A DNA stretch of 18,362 nucleotides from Paraspadella gotoi. Taxonomy: Eukaryota > Animalia > Chaetognatha. Shown here piece after piece: positions 8,767-16,759 of the stretch; position 1 is the first letter of the stretch, and the number at the start of each line of letters is the position of its first letter. The DNA is taken from the NCBI GenBank assembly GCA_051294375.1, contig JBJCIZ010000722.1, positions 1 to 18,362 on the forward strand, in the 5' to 3' direction. Below the pieces are notes generated by a model. The model was given only the letters and a program-made list of their open reading frames with translations. It was not told where the DNA came from and did not search any database. A program made the position numbers and the translations under genes.

Positions 8767-10362
8767 TCAAATGTCGTTTAATGAAACTGGTCTAAATGAA
8801 ATACCGAAATAGATGAAGGTTTTCTTTGGAAAACAAATCAAATTAAAATATTCATCTGAAATTTTTATTTGAAAACCACCAAAAATTAATTTTCCTTGTT
8901 TTACTCTGTGGAAAGTATGTCCGTCTTCTGAGTTATTTTTATTTTTGCAGATAAAACGTCTTAAAATATCATACTTATTAATAGTTTGCGAATAAAAAAC
9001 ATTTAAATTCGTGAAACTCGTATTTTCTAATCTAAAATCATCATATCTGCATTGATTTATAGGTAAATCAGACAGAAAGTGAATAGTTCTTGGAAAAGGT
9101 GTAACTTCAAATGGCAAAAACTCATTGGCTTTAATCCAGTGATATTCTTCTTTTCTTTTCTTAACCTCAATCGGTGAGGTATCTGAATCTTGCAAAGAAG
9201 CAGTTTCTTTAATTTGATTTGTGACACTGAGTACCAAGTCTTTACCCCGTTCTGCCCCTAAAACTTGAGAAGTTTTATTGTTAAAATGAATGTTTAGTTC
9301 AATTTTATTGTCAATTTTTAAAAATTCATTAAATTTAGAAATGAATTTACATTTGTTTTTCGTTTCATCCAAGTCTAGTTTTATTATTTCATTATTATTA
9401 TTATTGTTATTATTATTGTTTTGAGTTGGTTGAATATGTTTTAAAATGATATTTGAAAGTTTTAATAAATCCACATTGTCTTTTCTCATTTGTTTTAAAA
9501 TATCAATACTTTCTTTTGTAGGTTTGTCCCCTACATCATCAAGAATCAAAACTTCTAGGTCTAAAAGCCATGATTCTATTTCTTTAGTTGCAATATCCTT
9601 CAAACTTTTATCAGTCTGTGATAAATCTTTATCATGCAGTTTATTACAGTCAATTAATTTATGTAAAACTAATTTCCTTTCTGTCATCGGTGTTAAATAT
9701 TTAGATTCGTTAACCAATTTTGTTTCTTCAGCTGCAGAAATCGCTGTGTTATAATTCCATTCAATGTCGTCGTCTGTCTTTTCATTTAGATACGTGTTGA
9801 AGGATTCATGCAAAATTTTTCGAAAGTAAACAGTACAATCCAGATACCATTTCAATATTTTAAAATCATCAGTTGAAAAGTTTAGTACGTTGTCGTAAGT
9901 AGTGAATTTTAAAATATTCATATTGACAAGGTCAAAGTCAGCAACTAAAGAAAGTGTTCTTAGTATTATATACTTTTCTAAATTGTTATTTAAAACTTTG
10001 TTTACAAAAGTAATAGCTTTTTTTGATTCTGTCATTGTCAAATCATCCAAGGATATAGCCATATAAGTATTGTTACTAGTTAAAATTTCATCTGCACCAT
10101 AATTCTGATTAACATTGGTCATGGATACTGGGATACGAATATTTACATAAATTTCGTTTTCACGAGTAAATGAGAGGGGAAGACTAGTAATTTGAAAAGT
10201 GTCTAATGCCATTTCAGCTAAGGGGCTCTTAAATTGTAAAAGACTTTGAGAAAGGTCAATGTGACTATCCAAGTTAAAATAAAAATTACTTGCGGTGGAG
10301 ATTTTACCCTGGTGATTTTCTTCCATCACTCTATTTGAAAGGTTAAGAGTATAAATACTCAT
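8767..10362 (-). CDS. Minor capsid (penton, single jelly-roll) protein, 531 aa, intronless
   Basis: The N-terminus (IYTLNLSN...TASNFYFNLDSHIDL...EMALDTFQI) and C-terminus (IHFLSDL...FHRV...FQIKISDEYFNLICF...FGISFRP) match the recalled Polinton penton pattern. It lies between INT and MCP. Confidence 0.75.
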   Translation of the reverse strand: MSIYTLNLSNRVMEENHQGKISTASNFYFNLDSHIDLSQSLLQFKSPLAEMALDTFQITSLPLSFTRENEIYVNIRIPVSMTNVNQNYGADEILTSNNTYMAISLDDLTMTESKKAITFVNKVLNNNLEKYIILRTLSLVADFDLVNMNILKFTTYDNVLNFSTDDFKILKWYLDCTVYFRKILHESFNTYLNEKTDDDIEWNYNTAISAAEETKLVNESKYLTPMTERKLVLHKLIDCNKLHDKDLSQTDKSLKDIATKEIESWLLDLEVLILDDVGDKPTKESIDILKQMRKDNVDLLKLSNIILKHIQPTQNNNNNNNNNNEIIKLDLDETKNKCKFISKFNEFLKIDNKIELNIHFNNKTSQVLGAERGKDLVLSVTNQIKETASLQDSDTSPIEVKKRKEEYHWIKANEFLPFEVTPFPRTIHFLSDLPINQCRYDDFRLENTSFTNLNVFYSQTINKYDILRRFICKNKNNSEDGHTFHRVKQGKLIFGGFQIKISDEYFNLICFPKKTFIYFGISFRPVSLNDI

Positions 10363-10389
10363 TTTAACTTATCTTGAAAATTCGCTAAA

Positions 10390-11932
10390 TTATATTATGT
10401 ATTTTTCTTTGTCTGCACTTTTGAAGTGGTCACTATAGGTGACAATTTGTCTACCGAGTAACTTAACGTAATTTTTCAAGATATGCGGTAGGATTTTTTC
10501 TTCTTTACCCTCCTTTTCTATCGTGTATACAATAGTTTCAGGACCAGGTAAAATTCGCCCTGACCTAAGCAACTTCGATTTGTCAATCAAAATTTCGACG
10601 TCTTTTACAAGAATTGGTGGATTATTTACATTTTGTGGTGATGTTTTGTTTGATTCTGCGTTATCTTTGTTTGCAAACCCAGTCTGTTGAGGCACTTTAA
10701 TTAATTCAAAGTCATAAAATTTCCTTTTTGAATCATCAAATTCCTTCAGTTTATATCTCAATGGGAAATAAATTTTGTCAATTGATTCTATTGTAAAAAC
10801 TCGTCTAGAGAAGCGTGGATAATAAACGGAAGCTTCTTTTCTTATTTTTCGAGGGATCAATTGGAGAAAAACTCGGTCTCCTTCATTTAATTTTTCTTCA
10901 TTCGGAATTTTAGAAAATATACTTTTAGCTTTTTGTTGATGATTTTGGAATTGTTCTAGTCTTTTTTGTAAAACAACACTTTGAGCGTGCGTATCAAATT
11001 GGATTTCGAATGGAGTGAAGCCAAAGCCAGACTTCAATTTTCGGTGATTGTAAGTGTGTTGTACAAGCTTAAAAAATAAAAAAATAAAAAATAATAAAAT
11101 GCTTATAGATAGGTAATTATTAGAGAAAAAACCTTGATTATCTTTTGGTAGTTGAAAGTCTTGAATTCGACCATGAAACGAAACATTAAAGCTTTAACTA
11201 AATAATCAGAATTAGTATTAGTAAATTTAATAAAAAATTCAATAAACAGTTTAATTAATTACTTGTTCTCACGGCTCGTTCCACGATGGAGACTTTAGGC
11301 CAAATAGAAGTGTATGTAGTATAAGGTTTAATATTTAATTTCCGGGAAACAAAATCCAAAAGATTTCCTTTAAATTCCGCCCCCCTTTTCGGTGAAAAAA
11401 AGAAGAAAATGGTATGTATTATGTAAGGAATTAAAAAAAAATATATATATATTTACCTATCACTTAAAAAATATTTAAATTTTGCTCCGCGAAAATCCGT
11501 TTTTATAGCTTTGATAAAATTTTTAAGTGTCGCAGCTGATTTAGCTGATTTTTGAGTATGTAAACTCACGAAGCGACTATTAATATCGATTAAAATCAAT
11601 ATAATTTGTTTACCTCTATTGTGACTTTGTAATTGAGGTAAAAAAGCTAAATCACCAGCGATAATGTGATTAGATTTAAAAGTAATATACTTTCGAAAGG
11701 AGTGAGCTCTTCTTCCTTTCAGTCGTCTTTCGTGTCGTTCACGACTCAGACTCTCTAAATGACTTTTAAATTCCAAAATTTCACGCGTCGTTACATTACG
11801 TAACCCACTATAAGTTTTAGCATTTTCATAAATTTGTTTAGTCGATTTCTGCAGGAATAAGGGAGAATTGAAAGTTCGATAGAGACGATGAAGGATTTGA
11901 AATCGTTTCTTCTTTTCCTTTTCGTGTGACAT
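10390..11932 (-). CDS. int: Retroviral-like (rve) DDE integrase of Polinton type, ~446 aa, 4 exons (11932-11457, 11384-11263, 11197-11133, 11067-10390)
   Basis: The spliced product has IAGDLAFL...LILIDINSRFV, LSDR|GAEF and SIVERAVRT|IK, with exactly 35 residues between the second D and the E. It continues YNHR...GFTP and has the Polinton-type C-terminal segment GDRVFL...FSRRVFTI...YKLK...FYDFELIKV. Introns are 72, 65 and 65 nt, all GT-AG. Confidence 0.93.
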
Positions 11933-12001
11933 GACGAATATTACATACACAAAAATGACTATGTGTGAAAATAAAAAAATAAAAAAACAAAAGAAAACTC
12001 A

Positions 12002-13336
12002 TTATTTTTTACATATTACTCGAATCGCTCTACATGGGATATCTTTCAGTTTTATATTAGATTTTGAGCAAATCCGAGTCAGTAAATTTTTTTCACAGTT
12101 CTTAAACGCAGCGACTCTTCCATTTAAACTTGAAAAAGATAAAAACTTATATATTTGTGATCTTGTAAGGCTTAGACACGCTAAAACCTTTTCCAACGCC
12201 ATTCGACAGTCCTCTTTTCCGTTCTTTTTAAATAAAACGAGATAGTTTTCTTTATGTTGAAGCCTGTCATCCTGATGAATCGTGTCAATGATGTTTTGTA
12301 GTTGTCTCGCCCGTAACTTAATGTTTCTCTTTGTAATTCCGTCAAGTTTATCGTCATTACATTTAAATGCCTAAAGGAGGTTTCGAGAGAAAAAAATTAA
12401 ATGACTAGTATATTTATTGATTGAATATTAACAGTATCTTACCTGAATTACGTTTAACCCAGCAATATTTACAGAAACTTTTTTTTTGTCTCGGTGAGAA
12501 CGTTTTGTTGGAGACTTTTCTCTTTGGTTAAGGAGGTTATTGGGGGGGAGTTGATTCATGTCATTGCTATCAGTTGCGTCATTATTTTCTTCTTCTTCTC
12601 CTTCCTCAGTGTATTCTGTCTCTTTCCCATTCGCCATTTCATACCCCTGGTGTGGGTCGTCATTTTGTTCATCATCGCTGTCATCAACTTCATAGCTAAT
12701 TGTACCGCTGTTGCTGCTACTTGACTCATCAGAGTCGCTACTGGACTCTGTAGAACTGTGAGGTCTTTCGATTCGTTGGTTTTTCGTCATCATCATTTCC
12801 AGACTCGATCCCTCTCCAGCACCGATAAGAGAGTACTTGTTATGTGGAGGTAAAAGAGAAGACTTGTCCAACAAAACCATACGATTTTGCCAATTTATAA
12901 TTTCTGCTCTTATCAGTTCGGATTTGGTCTGGACTGAAAAGTCTTTGTTACGTAATATATTGTCAATGGAATGGTGAAGACTTTCCTCGTCATTTTTAGT
13001 CACCGTTTTCCTCGTATTATTTTCTGTCAGTAGTCCACCCTTTTTGTCAGTCATTTTTTCTTTAGTCTTATCATTATCTTTTTCATCATCTGTTTTTTCA
13101 TCTAAGTTAAAAACCTGCTTTTTCATTTTGTCTTTTATTGAAGTATGGTTTTCATTATGATTATTATCATCATCAGCAAAAGATGTCGTCGGTAAATTTT
13201 TGTCGTCCTTTCTGTCACCAGATGAAGATTTCTTTTGTTCATCCAAAAGTCGTAACAGTAACGTCAATATATGAAGGAAGTCAAATTCGTTGATTATAAA
13301 GTGCCTATTAAAAAGAAAGAAGGAAAAAAGATTTTT

Positions 13337-13392
<56 letters not shown>

Positions 13393-13512
13393 CATTGATT
13401 ACCTATAAACATATGGGGAAGGTGAAATCAATTGACCAGCCCTTTTTGAAGCGGATTTTTGTAAATCTGATTTCACTAGTTTCAGACGTTGTAAATTTTT
13501 TTCTGAAATCAT
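12002..13512 (-). CDS. Hypothetical protein at the Maverick PZ position, ~446 aa, 3 exons (13512-13403, 13304-12443, 12370-12002)
   Basis: ATG 13512 (MISEKNLQRL...). Introns 13402-13305 (AG|GTAATC...AATAG|, contains (CT)n) and 12442-12371 (CAG|GTAAGA...TTTAG|) join ORF fragments 12428..13267 and 12002..12202 in frame. Acidic/Ser-rich centre and basic C-terminal domain. The PZ label rests on synteny only. Confidence 0.7.
13340..13389. repeat. (GA)n microsatellite inside intron 13402-13305
   Basis: Seen directly. Confidence 0.9.
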
Positions 13513-13625
13513 ATTTTATTACTAGAAAAAAGGCGAATACAAAATATATTTCTACTGAAAAAAGAAACAAATGTGAACAGTATTTATTCAATTACAATTT
13601 TGAGATACAAATAATTCAATTTGAA

Positions 13626-14165
13626 TCAGTAGTTAAAATGTAAATGATGTATGGCACGTATTGGAAAGTAATTCCTAAAATACATAAAAAACGACCTGTA
13701 TTCGTCTATAGGAACATCACTTCTATTTTTGTGAATAATCTTTAAGACCTCGTATCTACATAATCGAAACAATGAAATGGGCAATCTCGAATTAAGTGAA
13801 TCGAGATCTGGTAGTAATGGAATGGATCCCATATGAGTAAACTTGATCGTTAGCCCCACCCCTGGATTGCTAAAATTGACGTACAATCGAAAATCGTCAT
13901 CTGGCTGTGAATGAAAACCACCCTCACGTTTAAAAACGCCCTGCCAATAAAATTTATTTTGGCAAGGGTTCTTAGATTCAAAGGCAATGTCACAGTTGCC
14001 TGTAATAGAATCTATTATAAACGAGAGGTTTGTCAAGTCATTAGAATTAATACTAGTCGTAGAAGCGGCTGCTAAAATTGATTGGATTGTTTCTTGATCT
14101 GTGGTAACTGACGAGGCCTTCCACCAGGGATCTAGTTCGCTCTCTCCGGTTGCTGGATTCGCCAT
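13626..14165 (-). CDS. Hypothetical protein (179 aa from ATG 14165; may extend upstream through intron 14284-14209)
   Basis: Complex, globular-looking ORF MANPATGESELDPWW...HLHFNY*, followed by AATAAA near 13588. The upstream acceptor TTTTTTCCCAG| (14209) and donor CAA|GTACGA (14284) are phase-compatible with an upstream Cys-rich frame. Confidence 0.6.
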   Translation of the reverse strand: MANPATGESELDPWWKASSVTTDQETIQSILAAASTTSINSNDLTNLSFIIDSITGNCDIAFESKNPCQNKFYWQGVFKREGGFHSQPDDDFRLYVNFSNPGVGLTIKFTHMGSIPLLPDLDSLNSRLPISLFRLCRYEVLKIIHKNRSDVPIDEYRSFFMYFRNYFPIRAIHHLHFNY

Positions 14166-14236
14166 CCTCAGATGTATATGGTTTAAATCCGAAGTGCGCT
14201 TGGCAAATCTGGGAAAAAAGTAGTAACAAAACCATT

Positions 14237-14237
14237 C

Positions 14238-14280
<43 letters not shown>
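14237..14280. repeat. (ATCA)n microsatellite inside intron 14284-14209
   Basis: Seen directly. Confidence 0.9.
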
Positions 14281-14281
<1 letters not shown>

Positions 14282-14323
14282 TACTTGGAGCATGGTATGC
14301 ATCTATCTTTATCAGGGATCGAG

Positions 14324-14450
14324 TTATTCAGGCAGTGTGCAACGTCGTCTCGATAACTTGTCCAAGTCTTTTGGCAACCCGGAAACTGACATGAATTAAA
14401 AAAGGTAAGAAAATATGAGTAAGAAAAAAAAAAAAAGGGTTGAGAGAAAT

Positions 14451-14509
<59 letters not shown>

Positions 14510-15526
14510 AAAGTTATATTAACGTACGATTGGCTAAATAACTGGCACGCCCTCTCATGAAACCAATTGCCATTGACTCGTGAGCAATTCTACGTTGACG
14601 CATGACTTTTCCACTTTCTTAATAAACAGGGAAAGGGTGGGGTGGGAGTGGAGAGAGAGAGAGAGAGAGAATATTGAAATAATATTAGCAATAGTTATAG
14701 TAATAATAATAATAATAATAAATAATAAGAAATTCGAAGTACCTCGACAGTGGCAAAGAAATGGAATATGAGCTGGTGTAGTGTGAACGTCCCTCTCATA
14801 TTCCACGGGACTGTCCTTTACATGACCCGTGACGTAGAGACGACATTTGTCTGCAACTTTCGACGGATCTGACCAACGATCAAACCAGATTCTTTGAGAC
14901 AAACGACCAGTTTCGGAAGTTGATGCATCGAGATCCATCCTGACGATGGTAGAATTAATTAATTTTAATTTAATATATATATATAATATATATAGTAATA
15001 ATATATATATAGTTACCAGTTTGAATTGTGTAAACTGTCTTTACGACGACATCCTTTTCGATGTTTGTTGCCGCATTCACTCTTGAATTCCTCCCTCAGC
15101 TCGTTAAGGACCTCTGACTTGGGACTTAAGAACCATTCCATGGTTCGGAGTGTATTTGGGGCAGAAGCGACACGAGCTGAATACGGCTCTTTTGGTCGAG
15201 TTAGTCCCGAATTATTGAGGTGACGAAAAAACTCAGCCTCTCGTAAAATCCAGAACTGTTCTCTGTAGTCGTCACTGTAAGCCTCGGCGGTGCACTCGTC
15301 GATAACTCTTTGAGCCACACGCTCCTCGTTTCCCTCCTCCACATATTCGGTGAACACTGTAATGTACATACATACATTATGTATAATCGTTAATTCTTTT
15401 TAAAGTTTTAACGACTTTTGCAAATGGTTCGTTCGTACCTCGCTCACTGATGTCGGACATCAGGCTCATAGAAGGTAACGAAATCTGAATTGTACATCGG
15501 ACCGGCTTCTTCGGTCGGATTTCCAT
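14324..15526 (-). CDS. Hypothetical Cys/His-containing protein, ~258 aa, 5 exons (15526-15439, 15356-15017, 14939-14743, 14617-14528, 14385-14324)
   Basis: Phase-compatible GT-AG introns join ORF-track fragments 15013..15369 and 14555..14938 into MEIRPKKP...SER|VFTEY...NSN|WMDLDAS...LCHCR|ESGKVMRQ...LAN|LSGLPK...PE*. The 3' end is ambiguous (see findings). Confidence 0.55.
14443..14509. repeat. (GA)n microsatellite inside intron 14527-14386
   Basis: Seen directly. Confidence 0.9.
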
Positions 15527-15578
15527 ACAAAACGAGGATCAGCAACGGTGCGAGAGGTGATTGGGCTGGATAAATTCG

Positions 15579-16719
15579 TTAAGGGCCAATATCCTTGTTC
15601 TTCCTGCGAAGCACGAAACCCACCATCTGTGAAAAAATTGGGGGGGGGGTAGGAAGGGGGGAAAAAGTAAGAGGAAGGAAGATAAAATAATAAAAAAAGT
15701 TTGCTTTTTTGTAATTTGCATTAACACTAACACTTCCTGTATTTCTAAGTATAACGGTATAATATAACACTCACACAACGACTTTGTGTCCTTGTCGGGA
15801 TGTTGGGACCTGGCAACTTTGTCAATTCCGTCGACTGTAACCTGTCGGTATCGTTGAAGCATTTTTGAACGTGGTCTTCATTTCGACAAATTCTGTGGAA
15901 GGCCGCTGTACGAGCGGAGGAAGAGTGAAGCTTGACGATGCCGACTTCGAAGCTGCTCCAGAGAGATGCCATTTGAATCAATTGCTCCGTTGGTAGATCG
16001 TCAGTTGAGGTCGTTTGAAATTGGTTAAAACAATTAGTTGTTTTTTTCATAACCTCACTAGGATTTATAGAAATGTTAAAGCAATGAATAAGATGTTTGT
16101 CATCTTGAGTCAGTTCGCTTAAACTGATTTCTGATACGTAGTTGTCGCAAATATGCAGAGTTTTCTCGCCCGGCAAGTGAGTCAGGCATTCATCTTCTGT
16201 TACGTGACATGTGATTCGTCGCTTATTTTTAACGGCGCAGGTCGTTTCGTCGCTGGTCCGTCCGCCGAGAGCCAGCGTGAGTTGAGAGTTCTTCTCTGAG
16301 ACCGATTCCTCATAGAGTTTAAGAAATCCTGGTAAGACGATCGTCGAACTTGTACTAGCTCTTAAGTGAGGTAGGTGTGACTGAGAAGCCAAGTGTTGAT
16401 TTTCGAAATAAAATTCGTCCATCCCGGCTAGTTTCAATGGGAAGAAACCGGAGACAGGAAGAAAATTGTGTCGGGACTGTGTTGGGTAGGAGTTGATAGT
16501 ATTGAAAACACGATCCCTCGAGCTTGTAGGAGTGATGCGTTTTAAGGTAGTAATAGGAGGATCTAGTAAAGGCGCTAAAGGTGCTGGCAATCGACCGCTC
16601 TTTAAAGCCTCTTCAGTTTCCTTCGGGAATGGAAAAAAAGAATCTTTGGGATGATTTTTTTTCTTTTGTTGCATTTTCTTACGTTTAACTTGTAAATAAC
16701 CGTCATTATTTTCCTCCAT
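15579..16719 (-). CDS. Hypothetical protein, ~330 aa (exons 16719-15775 and probably 15626-15579)
   Basis: Long ATG-initiated ORF with a basic N-terminus (KRKKMQQKKK). Strong donor TGT|GTGAGT at 15774 and acceptor TTTTTTCACAG| at 15627 give the C-terminus MVGFVLRRKNKDIGP*. The unspliced form stops at 15745. No family recognised. Confidence 0.65.
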
Positions 16720-16759
16720 TTTTTGTTTTTGTTTTTTTTTTGGTCTCTTTTTATTTTAT

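Noticed and set aside
10390-11932. Integrase as part of an LTR retrotransposon or Ginger element
   Set aside because: No gag, RT or RNase H; the C-terminal motifs and the neighbouring capsid, protease and ATPase genes indicate a Polinton.
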